A stretch of DNA of 64,000 nt from Macrostomum lignano (taxonomy: Eukaryota), in the NCBI GenBank assembly GCA_002269645.1, contig NIVC01000199.1:496001-560000 (forward strand). The letters run 5' to 3'. The translations under genes were made by a program, and so were the position numbers. A model generated the notes under the pieces. It saw nothing but the letters and a program-made list of their open reading frames with translations. It did not search any database and was not told the DNA's origin. Every line of letters begins with the position of its first letter. Position 1 is the stretch's first letter. Below are positions 11,286 through 23,661 of the stretch, one piece after another.

Positions 11286-11592
11286 CTCGCAGGAAGACGT
11301 CGCACGTGCCGATGCTGACCCAGGCGTCAAGGTTGAAAAACGCGTGCAAGTCGAACAGCCGACAAGCACCGAGCAGCCAGTAGAAGCCGAAACAGTCCGA
11401 CCTGTGGCTGCAAGCGATACCGCAGCCGATCTCGCTGTCTTCAATTCGCGCGAGAAACTCCGGCGGAGCGACAGCGCTGCCCGTCCTGGCCGCGGTGAAC
11501 TGTACACCCGGACTGATCACTTCCGCAGCTGTTGCAGTTGTCAAGCAGACAGTAAGCGCGAATTCAAAGATGCAGTTTCTCCGGCTAGTCAT
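11286..11592 (-). CDS. Secreted lectin, exon 1: signal peptide plus PAN/apple-like domain
   Basis: Hydrophobic N-terminus (CIFEFALTVCLTTATA), then CGIACSHRSDCFGFYWLLGACRLF (C-x3-C-x5-C..F....C, PAN-like). Donor G|GTGGGT at 11286/11285 is phase-compatible; total 236 aa. Confidence 0.7.
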
Positions 11593-12123
11593 GTCGGAAT
11601 TCCTGTCCGTGAATTCAGATTAACGAATTCGAATGGCAGTGCTGTCGAGGGTTAGAAAGGACTTGAGCTAGTTAGGGCATTCAAATATTGGTATCGAAGA
11701 CTCACTAGTTAGTTTAGTCCTGTATCTTCTATTTTGGTAAATAATTATCCCCACAGACCCAGTATAGTGTAGGAGAGGCTGCCACCACTTAAATTAATCC
11801 TGTTGAAAACGGCTCATTCAATGCGCTTCTGAAATCCCCCACGTTAGGCGACCAATAGCAGGTTGATGAAAGCTGATGAGTGCACCATGAGCCGTGGACA
11901 GCTGAAGCAGCTGAAGGAACTGGTTTCGCAAATTGTGCCAATTTCGCAGGTTGCTTGCTGCACGGCGCTTTCGCTGCAGAATGCGAGACAGGAAGTCAAG
12001 TCTGCAGTTTCTTAATCGAAGAGCGTCGATGCTCAAAAAAAGTTTTGATTCTTTACGGATTTCGCCAAGATGTCAAAATTAGACAGATTTCACGGTTACC
12101 TGCTAGAATTTTGGCAAGCTTTT

Positions 12124-13064
12124 GCAATGCATGGCTGCTGTTGTCATGACGCAATGCATATGGCTGCTGTTGTCATGACGCAATGCATATGGCTGCTGTT
12201 GTCATGACGCAATGCATATGGCTGCTGTTGTCATGACGCAATGCATATGGCTGCTGTTGTCATGACGCAATGCATGGCTGCTGTTGTCATGACGCAATGC
12301 ATGGCTGCTGTTGCATGACGCAATGCATGGCTGCTGTTGTCATGACGCAATGCATGGCTGCTGTTGTCATGACGCAATGCATATGGCTGCTGTTGTCATG
12401 ACGCAATGCATGGCTGCTGTTGTCATGACGCAATGCATGGCTGCTGTTGTTATGACGCAATGCATATGGCTGCTGTTGTCATGACGCAATGCATGGCTGC
12501 TGTTGTCATGACGCAATGCATGGCTGCTGTTGTCATGACGCAATGCATGGCTGCTGTTGTCATGACGCAATGCATGGCTGCTGTTGTCATGACGCAATGC
12601 ATGGCTGCTGTTGTTATGACGCAATGCATATGGCTGCTGTTGTCATGACGCAATGCATGGCTGCTGTTGTCATGACGCAAAGCATGGCTGCTGTTGTTAT
12701 GACGCAATGCATATGGCTGCTGTTGTCATGACGCAATGCATATGGCTGCTGTTGTCATGACGCAATGCATGGCTGCTGTTGTCATGACGCAATGCATATG
12801 GCTGCTGTTGTCATGACGCAATGCATATGGCTGCTGTTGCCATGACGCAATGCATATGGCTGCTGTTGTCATGACGCAATGCATATGGCTGCTGTTGTCA
12901 TGACGCAATGCATATGGCTGCTGTTGTCATGACGCAATGCATGGCTGCTGTTGTCATGACGCAATGCATGGCTGCTGTTGTTATGACGCAATGCATATGG
13001 CTGCTGTTGTCATGACGCAAAGCATGGCTGCTGTTGTTATGACGCAATGCATATGGCTGCTGTG
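12124..13064. repeat. Minisatellite, 27-29 bp unit (ATGCATGGCTGCTGTTGTCATGACGCA)
   Basis: Over 30 tandem copies visible. Confidence 0.95.
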
Positions 13065-13132
13065 GTCTGAGGCAACACATGGCAGCAACTAAAGTGCAAA
13101 TTTTCGGCCCTTATCACGGCATAGCAGTACCA

Positions 13133-13455
13133 TCCTATATACTAAAAATGGTCTGTCTGTGTCTATCTATCTATCTATCTATGTGATCGATTAGTTTCAG
13201 CTAAAGCTTAGAACTGAAGCCCCGAAAAGTAACACAGGCTCGAACAGTACGTGTGTTTTTTGGCACCTCTAAAAGCAGTTGAAGAAAGGGGCGCCCAAAA
13301 ACCCTTATTTTGCCGCCCAAGAAAGCGCAGAAGCCCATGCACAAAACGCCGGCCCCTATACGAGCTCGTTACGTTACCATAAATTTCTCATTATTAATTT
13401 AAAATTGTATAGAAGCTGAATCCGTGCAATCCCCCCCTAGCAACGGCTTCTGCTA
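13133..13455 (+). mobile_element. Possible non-autonomous Helitron-like element
   Basis: Starts TCCTATATACTAAAA followed by a (CTGT)/(CTAT) microsatellite. Ends with the hairpin CCGTGC...GCAACGG and CTGCTA; a canonical CTAG end is absent. Confidence 0.35.
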
Positions 13456-13484
13456 CACCACACACACAACCCCAATAATGGCTC

Positions 13485-14055
13485 CCAGCCATTTTTGGCC
13501 AGCTCTCCTGCCTGACGCCACCCCACAGCCGCTAAAGGAGAAATTAAAACGCGTAGTGGACCAGTTCAGGCCAGTCATGCCAATATGATATTCCCATATG
13601 CACTGATAACATGAGGCTCTACATCATTTCATAGCTAGCTAAACTCGAAAAGGTAATAGTAGACAGCAACACACGCAGGATGCTTGCAGCAATCTGCTTT
13701 TAAACTTTGCAGACATAAAGTCATTGAGCTGTGCATGCTTTGCTTGTGCTCCGCGCTATGCTCAGTGTCCCTGGCTTGCGCAGCAAGCCAATAGGCCGGA
13801 TTCGCTGGTTCAGCCCCAAAACCGCGCTAAACTAGCTAGAGCTGGTCGCTAAGGAGAGGATCCGCTCTAGCTGCCCTCGCAGGGCCGTAGCGGAGGATTT
13901 TAACGCAGTGGTTGTGTTAGCTGCGGTTCTCCCCGATCTACGTACGCTTCAGTCCCCCACGGCACTACTTTTAGTCCCTTTTCCAGGAGGGATCCGTTGC
14001 CAGGGGGGGGGGAGGAGGATCCGCGGTCGCTATTGATCGGTGGCATTTTTCATGA
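13485..14055. repeat. Interspersed repeat of unknown class, copy 2
   Basis: Colinear similarity to 8700..9362. Confidence 0.7.
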
Positions 14056-17000
14056 CATTTAATTAAACAATCAAAACCGACTAGAACACAGCCTTGTAAA
14101 TCACTTGGATTAAATGACTATAACTCCAGCCAATTAAGCGACCCCTGCACGATCCGTTTAAGCACGCTACTATAGCTTTGCACATCCAGATGACGAACTG
14201 TCCAAAGTCTCAAAGGGTGCAGATGACAAAGTGATCACCGAGACTTGTGGACACTTCGTCATCACTACAACTTATGGATGCTGACCAATTCGGCGATAAA
14301 CAAATTCAGCGAAAGCAAAACTCGATCGGCAACAATCTAACCAAATTCGCAACAATGAAGGAAAAATAATTATGTAAAATCTGTATTAGTTCTTCCAGCT
14401 GTACTCGTACGTTAAATGGTATTAGTCAACACACATTAGTTGTACTTTCATCTTCATGACTGATTTTAAAAAGACAAATAAAGCCAACTAGAAATATTTT
14501 ATTTTCCGAAAGTACATAGTATTTGTAGATTGCGATGATACACATGTAACCATGGCGAAAAAAACAAAAGCTTTATTTTTTTTACGACGTGTTTCGCTAA
14601 ACACAGCATCGTCAGGTAGAATAAAATATTTGTGAGAACCAACAGCTGCATGGTAAAAGACGCAAAATATTTGGAGTATAGATGCACAAAATATCTAGAA
14701 TTGCGCTCTCACCAATATTTTTTTATTCTAAAAGTTTGTCTCTTTAAAAAGTTCGGCGTGTATACCTGTGTGACGACGTCGTTAGCATCTTAAATTTTTA
14801 GTTTCTATCTGAGTTTTTATTACTTAAAATTATTTTAGTTGATTAATTTGCAGGTTCCCCAGCTAAATAATTTTTTGATAGACATCTTAGGTTTAAATGA
14901 ATCGGATTTTCCGCCAATTTAAATTGTTGCCTCGCGCTCGTTTTTGTACTCTCCTCAACTCGGCGTTTTGTCTCGACTCTGCGTGTCAACACTACTAATA
15001 ATTGAACTAGCTAACTAATAAATAAATAACTAATAATTAATTAATCGCTAACTATAAATTTCGAACTCGCTACGTCATACCTGGCGTTCACTTTATGCAT
15101 TCACGCAGAAGTTTGTGTTAAGTGGAAAAAAGATTGAAAAGTTCATTTTCAGTGTAAAATCAAGCTTTTGGTTTTAACCTTGTGACAGCGCATTTTAACA
15201 AATCTTAAAGCTTATTGGTTTATTGCCATCAATTTTATAGCTAAAACTCTAAAATTTATAAACTTTAAAGTACTCTAAAATATATTTGCTCTTTAAGCGT
15301 TACATTTTTCATTTGAATAAAAAAAAGCAAAAAAATTAATGGGTGATTCTCATCGAGAGGTTTCGGAGGTTTTGAGGTTTTTCAGAGGTTTCATTTCGAA
15401 CAAATATTTTTGCACAAAATTTTTAATACTGTACAAAAATTAAAATCTTACTGAAATTTACTAATGAATACAAATTTTGTTTAGAAAATAGCTCAGAGGT
15501 TTCGGATTCTTTTTAATTTTGCTTCTGATAGGCACGCGCGAAAATTATTTAACTATTTTTGTGCGAAGTGGTAGTCTGACACATTTCATGTCATAAGCGC
15601 AAAGTTGCGAATCGTCACAAGTGTGTGTTGTCCCTTTCAATGCATATTCGTAACTATCCTAATTTCTACTAGACCTGTCCATGTAATTAAATACAGACAC
15701 TATTTACCAATGCGAATTTCATATTGTTTTTTACTTGTCTTAAGAAAGCTATCAATTTTAAAGCCAGACTTAAATTATGACTAACACTAACAAGACCAAT
15801 TCAGTATTTTTTTCATCAAATCAGTATCAGTTGCTATTTAATATAGATTGTTAGTCTAACTAACTAAAGGCCCTCAGTATTTTACTAGGCATATTTAATG
15901 TAAAATATATTATTTTTTATTTCACTTATTTGATATTCTTTTTTATTTTACATCCAATATACTAAAAAAATATTTTTATTTTATATTATTTTACTTTTTT
16001 TACATCATCATCCTAAATCCTAACACACTATGCACATAGGATAAAAACATTTATTACCTAAGACTAAGTCTCTAATCCTAGTGAATAATTCTCTTCACCA
16101 GGCTTTAAAAATGGCAATTTTTTTATTTGATTGCTCTACCTCTACGTATAAATTTGAAAGCTCTAATGAACTGAAATTTTTACTTTTTAAATTTAAATAT
16201 AATTTATTAATAGCTATTTATATTCAGTTATAATTTAAGTTCATATAGGTGAGTACAATTTCTATTACTCTTATACATTAGTAACTTGCTGTAGTTTTTG
16301 TCTTTTTATGCAAATATTCAAAGTAAATAGTAGCTTGTACTTATGTATGCCTAGTTATCACATTTTTATTCAGTTTTTAATTTACTTTATAAGTGAATTG
16401 TTTTAATATTAAACCAATATACTCTCTTATCATCCACAGTAGTTATCATGCCAATGAAATGCATGGTGCCAACCATGTTGGGGAGAAAGTTATAAATCTT
16501 TAGATTTTCTTATGATGTTAAGTACTTACACTACATTCATATATTAAAATGTAAGACTAACATTGTATTCCTTTATCAATCATGCCATCTTTCCAGAGCC
16601 CATCAAACTATGGGAATTCGTGCAAAGCAATGGCCTACTAAAATACCATTGCACAAGATGATATATGCTTCTAGAAGTCGATTAAATTAATCCACCAAGT
16701 GTCTTTCTTGACACCCCAATGTCTTCACTACATTTGACTGCAACAAGTGAGTAAATTTTCTAAATGCTGTCTTTCCAATATACATGTTATGAGGATCAAG
16801 GGTAGCTGAAAGCAAAGGCCAATGGTTGGGGCAAGAGATGACATTCATACATGTTACATGGCTAGTGTCCCTAAATTCTTAATGGCGCGATTTTCAGCAA
16901 AAGTTATGGCATGACCTTTCAGGGAAGTTCATTCCAATGATTAGACAGATAAAATTCCTCATTTCACTATTACCCATTACAGGACATTTTGGCACAGCTC

Positions 17001-17236
17001 GACTTCAGCGTTGTTGCTAATCATTGCAGCACTCGAGTCCCATTGTCGCATTTTTGGGCTTCCAGCATCAACTGGTTCGATAGTCTCAATTGGAGGCCAT
17101 GAAAACCAATGTCAGGCATGCTGGTGCCAATCTTGGAGAGGAATTTGCAGCCCACCTGATTGCCCTGCGGGAATTGTGTCAAGGGAACTCACACCAATCA
17201 TTTTTGTCCAGCAGCAGCAGCAGCAGCCGAGTGTTA

Positions 17237-17619
17237 GGGTGGCACGAGACCAGCGTCCACGTCGCGCCCCTGGACACCCCGCCAATGTGGCAGGAGCTCC
17301 GTGCGTCCCTGCCATCGACGGGGTGACGAATTGGTCTCACCTCCGGGTATGCAGCCTGGGAGAGCTGTCCCCCAACGTTGGGTTGGCGGTGGATGGCGGT
17401 TTTTACAGCGTAAGTCGGTCTGCGGAGGAGCCCTGCGCACCGGGACTCGGGTCCCCACGCTCTCTGGCCACCCGCCGCAGGCCGCAAATTGGATTCCGCC
17501 GTCTACTGCCCGCCCGCGCAGGGTCAGCGCCCCGGCTGCATGGGGCTACGCCCCCGGTCCTATTAGCTACGTCTAGCTACAATGTCCGTGACCCGAAAAA
17601 GAAAGAAAGAAAGAAAGAA
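17237..17619 (+). mobile_element. 5'-truncated non-LTR retrotransposon (RTE-like 3' end) with (GAAA)n tail
   Basis: 12 bp TSD AGCCGAGTGTTA at 17225-17236 and 17620-17631. GC-rich body; ORF end ...PPMWQELRASLPSTG* resembles RTE C-termini. Confidence 0.7.
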
Positions 17620-19511
17620 AGCCGAGTGTTACTGATCCAAATGGAACTCACTACAACTGACATAATGCAACTGCCCGATTGCACTTTGCTGGCCGTAGCG
17701 GCAACCGCGCACTGGAGAAGCATCGCCCATGTTCCTCACCCTACAATATTGAGGTCTCGATCACCTCGGTGGTCTTAACGATGTAGGATGCATCTTCATA
17801 GACATGCCATTGAACCTGGAATGCTATGCTGAATCTCAAAAGGCTGGCTAACATTTTTTCAAGGGTTTAGTGCAGCGAGACTCCAAGTCTCATAGATAAT
17901 CCAATGTTAGCCAGTGTACGCCAACTTGATACAAGCAAATTAGCTTCACGGTAGTTGCCAATTGGTCTTGCCTTTTTTTAGGCCTTACATTTTTAAAACA
18001 TCGAACATTGCAAGAATGCATTTCACAATCAAAGAAGGAACGTTTTGTATTTTCTTTATCAGTATGTATATTTATCCATACATTGCTGTACATTGCCTAA
18101 ATACACTATATTATAAATATTCTTTGAGAGTCAAATCAAAACAGTTTAAAATTTCCCATTTCAGATCTTTACATGAGAGAATATAAGTCTTTTCTTGTTA
18201 TTTACTCAGATGAAAGTGAAGTTCTTAACTTTTCTTAACTAAATTTAATGCGCATATGAAAGACGATGCCTGCAAAAATGAAGGCTGTAGCGCATCAGCC
18301 AGCAAGCAGTTGAAGAACTTCAGTCACTCATCTCGAAGGCAGTGCGCAGTAGATTAGCCCCTAGGCTGTTGGTTGATGTCATCTGGTTAGTAGCTAGAGC
18401 ACAGCCATCTTCTGTATGCTGACAACCAAACCAATTGCCACCACAAAAGCAACCAGCCTGCCAAAGCTCTAAGGGTGGCGATGGCGAGCTAGGTTGCACT
18501 GAGTCGCAACATAAGTGGGTATAGGACATGGAATGCCATAATGACAGTTATTAGATTAGACAAACATGAAGCATTGTTGGCCTGTACAGGCTCAGAATGC
18601 AGGCAGGAGACCAGGCAAGCGGTAGTTCAGGCATGGTATTGGCAGCTGAAACAAAGTATGTTGAAATAAAAGGTATTGATTATGGTTACTTTCATCTATA
18701 ACTTTTCATAAACAATCAATTTCAAAAGTCAATAAACAATGATTTTCCTATACATTTGTTCTTGCAATCTTTAAAGATTCCAATAATACATTTATATTGA
18801 AGAAATTATAATATTTTTAAAAAAACAATGTCAAAAATGTGTACAAAGTCTTACTGCAAGCATTTTGTTTGTATAAGAACTAAATCTAAGGTGTTAGAGC
18901 TTTTGTCAGCAGTAGGCCTAACAGTTGTGCAACTAGTGTTATTTATGAGAGAAAAGCTAATAGCTTTTAGTAGTTAAAAATATTTTTTATGATTAAAAGT
19001 AAAATGCTCTGCTGTAAGTAATAAAAAGTAAAATGCATACTTGTAATTCTAGGCCCTCAGATATTTTTTTTTAAAAACATTGAGACAAGAATAATTCTTC
19101 TATTTACTTCGCTGACAGCACTCAAGTAAAAACAGGAAACGGATGAAACAGCTGTCTATATGTTTTCAGTATATTTCAAGCAGCGCCTTCAAGTCGAATA
19201 TTTTTTTCCACCTTAAATGTAAATGCCAATGGCAACGATGACATTACCAGTGTGTTGTGTTGCGTGTAGTGTTTTTAAAAACCACTTTCTTTCCCTCGCA
19301 TAAAAATAGTTGCCTAAGTTAAATAATTTCCACGCGTGCCTATCAGAAGCAAAATTAAAAAGAATCCGAAACCTCCGAGCTATTTTCTAAGGAAAATTTG
19401 TATTCATTAGTAAATTTTAATAAGATTTCAATTTTTGTACAGTATTAAAAATTTTGTGCAAAAATATTTGTTCAAAATGAAACCTCTGAAAAACCTCAAA
19501 ACCTCCGAAAC

Positions 19512-22270
19512 GGGTCTGTATAAAAGCAGGGCACCATTGGCACATTGGACACCCCTTATGTTAACAAAAATCGAGTTTTGATCGTTGTTTTGCTTGAATA
19601 AATATACTTTGGCTTTCGAAAAAAAATGTAAATATTTATTTATAATTGCACTTTTTCATATACTTCTAACAACCATGAGATTGGTAGTATCAACAAGTTT
19701 TATTCTACATTTAAATTCATTTCTTATCTTGCTTTATAGTCGAACTACTTTCGGTACGTCATTTTCATTTACCTAGTTGGTGCACTTACAGAAAACATAG
19801 AAACATTAAATGCCATTTCTTGTCCTCAATAAACGTTGGAAAAAGTGAGCAGCAGACTAGTTGCAGAATTTTATTGCCGGACATGGCATATTTGACTATT
19901 TGCAGCTGCTCTGGCTTGTTTACTGCCTTTCCATAAATCAACAGCAATGGTGAAAGTGAATCTAATCCTTCTCTCTCTCTCTCTCCCATAATGTTAATGT
20001 TTGATTTGCTGTTAATATGGATTTTTAAAATCCCCCGTGTCTTAAATAAAAAAACGAATAATTTTTTAAGTTGTGATTTCCATCAAAATGCAATTAATTA
20101 ATGTTTTAAAAACATTTAAACTCAATAAATTATTTATTCTCTTATCAAATAGAATCCAACTCTAGAATCTTTTTCAAGGAAGGAATACTAACTATCCTTA
20201 ATATTCAATATGCATGATAATAAAGCAGTGCATTACTTTTTCAATTTAGAGAATCTAACAAGGAAATAAATATAATTTAGTACAGTACCATTGTAAGCAA
20301 AAAACCATAAGTTTACAGGTACAATTTTTTGTAAAGATAGATACAGCGGAAAATTAAAATTTGACAAAAGAATACCACAAACACTAAAAATGGGGAGAAA
20401 AAGTATTACAAACATTGGCATTAATAAAAAGTAATAAATATTGCAGCCGAGCAAATGAAATTAGCAATTAAACAATGCAATGAGTTAAATGATAAATAAC
20501 AAAGAAATGCTAAATAACATCTAGCAATGTATATTAAAGCAATTGAAGTGCACTCTGAGTTGAAAGGCTTACAACTCATAAAGTACAGTTTAAATGCAAT
20601 GTAACTTTTTATTTATTTGTAACTTTATAACAATAGAAATCATTACCATAAGCAATTGTATGAAAAGTTGCTATTAATAGTCTTATGTACTTTATCTCTA
20701 CTCTAAGAGCTAACTTTCTATAAATATATATGATTCCTTGTATAAAATTAGGGATTCTTTAAAAAATTCATGCTGCAATATGCATATATCACACTCTTGA
20801 CCCAAGAAAATTATTGAAAGTGGTCAACCAATTAGCACAAAAAAATTATAGACGGCTGTAATGGTGCAAGTGGTGTTTCGGCACACCACTTAAATTAAAG
20901 TTGAAATTTTTGGAGCAGTTACACTAAAGAAAATTATTATTTTATAAAATTAAGAGAGGCTAATAAAATTAGTAGGGCTTGAATTGAATAATATGCTGTG
21001 AAGACTCAAACTTGTAAGCCAAGAAGGCTAGAATTAGGGTTAGCAATTAGGCAATTAGGCGAACTATAGACATTAAGGAATGTGTAGGTATTAAATAAAT
21101 AAATCATGCAGGTGCTAATAGTAGCTTAAAACCTATCACTTGGTCCCTTAGAATGCCATAATTTTGGACATTAGAATTAAAATATAGTGTTTTACTGATT
21201 GGGAACTTGTTCTTATTGGAAAACTTCTCATAAATATAGAAATATTAATATAAACAATACGAATAAATTTGCCTATTAAAACTTTGTGGCATTTGTAGGA
21301 TTTTAGAAGAAGGAAGTATACCCTGCAACATACGTGCAGAATATTTATGTGCTAAAGGATTTAGGTCTGAAATAAATGACAATAAATGTTATGTGAAGAT
21401 GGTTTATATGTTGTTTTTTCAAAGCGTCACATATAAACTTTCAGTAAAAAGACTTCTTGGTCTGTGAGGTAGATTTTTTACTTATATGCTTGCATTTTTT
21501 AACTCATAATTTAAATGATTAGCACAATTTCTTAAATATCATGACTTGGCAAATTATTCATAATAATGTTTTCTTAAAAGGATTGTATATAAAGAAGAGA
21601 CTGTAATTTGAACTTTCACTGAGTAGCTATTCCTTTTTTTGTTGGTTGAAATCATACAAAAAGTAATTGAACTAATAAAAGAAGAAGCTTGGAAATTATT
21701 AATTTAATCATCATCTTACAAAGTAAAAAAACTTTTTGGGTGCAATTTTTTCATCAAATAATCTGCCAATGTATTAACTTTTTTAATATAGAAATACTTG
21801 CAATTTGGAATATCCAAAGTTCGTTCTTCATGAAGTAATCCTAACAAAATAAGTTGTGGTTTTTTGATAAGAGCAGAATGCTTCATCATTTTATGGAAAA
21901 TTGAGTTCTGACTATTAGTTTGATCATTTCATATATCAGGCATATTTAGCATTAAATCGGTACGCCTGTAGTACAGAACCTTCGGGGTAGTAAAATCACA
22001 GTGTAATAGCATTGCAAGCTGCAGTTTTTGCATGTGCGATTATTTTAAAAAATCGAATGCCAAATTAAACATGTACAAAAAACGATAATACAAAGAATAT
22101 TTACCAAATCATCTATCACGAAAGCAAGGATGTCATTTCTATTATTATCAATTTTTTAAATTATTTAAAAGTATCTCCGCAAGTTTATTTTGCATTTTCA
22201 TATCTAATTTTGTTATAAAAAGGGGTGTCCAATGTGTCCAATGTGCCAGTGCCAGCTTTTATACACACCC
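19512..22270. mobile_element. TIR DNA transposon (MULE-like by TSD length) inserted in the right TIR of the outer element
   Basis: Termini GGGTCTGTATAAAAGC...CATTGGACACCCCTT and AAGGGGTGTCCAATG...GCTTTTATACACACCC. 10 bp TSD CCTCCGAAAC at 19502-19511 and 22271-22280. Confidence 0.85.
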
Positions 22271-23394
22271 CCTCCGAAACCTCTCGATGAGAATCACCCA
22301 AAATTAATATCTTTTCCGATTTTTAGCTCGCCGGCTTGAGTTTTTAAACCTTTTTTTGGCATGCATTTATTCTATTTGTAATTGTTCATTTTTATTCGGG
22401 CGTACACTCATAATGATTCTGACGATGGATGAGAGGTAGACGGTAAAATACAGATTAAATTGGGGTTGGGTCAGATTTGGGATCTAACTTCTAAGATCCA
22501 TATGCATAGGATCAATTACAAAATTGATAATAACATGAGTAATGAATCATGATCATATGCATCAGAATAGGAGGGGGCAGGGAGCCATAGCCCCTGTACT
22601 TTTAAAGTGGGGGTATTACTGATAATTGCCTCACCTCCACTTAAAACATTCTAATGCCTTATGCCAATAGTAATGCCAGTGGTTAAATACAATCAAATTT
22701 TTAGAAGCAAATTAGGTAGGGCTTATTGATAGTATTATCTATAAAATCCCTTGCCTTATTTGCCTTATTAAGATTTTTTAAGCTTCAATAAATTTATATC
22801 TGATAATAAAATTGGCAATCCTTCAATTTACAATCACCTTCTATTTTGCCAGTTTTGGTTTACAAGCTTTTTGTACAAATAGTTAGGATTGTATGCTATG
22901 TTAAATTTTTTTCTATGTATATTTGCACATATCTTGTTCCTTAAAACCATTAAAATGGTATAGTTTAGCTCTTTGGTTTTAAGTCTATTTTATCATTCTT
23001 AGCTTACTTACTGTGTAACAAATATTTGTAACAGAGATGATAAAATAGATGTATAAAACCAAAGGTGCCATGCATTTTTATGATTGTAAGGTATAAGAAA
23101 TGAAAAGTACAAAAGTACAATCTTTTAAAGATGTTGGAAATCAAGATTTGGATCAAGACAAGATTTGAGACAAAAAAATGAAGTTGAAAAATTTTGAGAC
23201 AAGACAAGATAGGATTAAAAAAATTATTGAAAAAAATATACACCTAATATATCTCATTACAACAAATATGCCATAGGATCAGTAGATTCTTTGAGTTTGC
23301 TGCTAAATCACTAGTGTTCCATTATAAAGAGGGTCTATGTACCATAGTCATAGCCATAAACAAAACTATAGCTTACTCCAGTTCTCCGTATTCC

Positions 23395-23661
23395 CAGGGG
23401 CGTAGCGAGGGGGGTATTGGTATATCGGCCAATACCCCCAAATTTCCAAAGCAACATTTTTTTTCCTTTTTTCAGTTGCAATTATGACCGTTAAGGAAGA
23501 GAAAGGTATCCAAATCGAAAGAATAACAATTAACAAACAAATAGAGTAATTATATGTATTATGCACTAGAAATACATTAAGGGGATATGTGGATCTCAAG
23601 CCCTTGCCTTCTGATAACAGCTAACCGATACCCCCAAAAAAAAATCCTGGCTACGCCCCTG
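23395..23661. mobile_element. hAT-family MITE, 267 bp
   Basis: TIRs CAGGGGCGTAGCGAGG / CCTGGCTACGCCCCTG; 8 bp TSD CGTATTCC on both sides. Confidence 0.9.

Larger units (their letters stand above)
15341..22299. mobile_element. MULE (Mutator)-like DNA transposon with ~200 bp TIRs and 9 bp TSD
   Basis: Left TIR GGGTGATTCTCATCGAGAGG... (15341..~15550). The right TIR is its reverse complement, split into ~19320..19511 and 22281..22299. TSD AAAATTAAT at 15332-15340 and 22300-22308. No intact transposase recognised. Confidence 0.85.

Noticed and set aside
10625-11318. Overlapping ORFs of 146-306 aa, including the C-terminal extension of 10672..11592
   Set aside because: They translate the intronic 21/42 bp repeat; the real frame splices out at 11286.
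11870-11940. Hammerhead ribozyme suggested by CTGATGA
   Set aside because: No stem II followed by GAAA and no closing helices.
17011-17778. 255 aa ORF as a host gene
   Set aside because: It runs across a LINE insertion bounded by a 12 bp TSD and a (GAAA)n tail; no domain was recognised.
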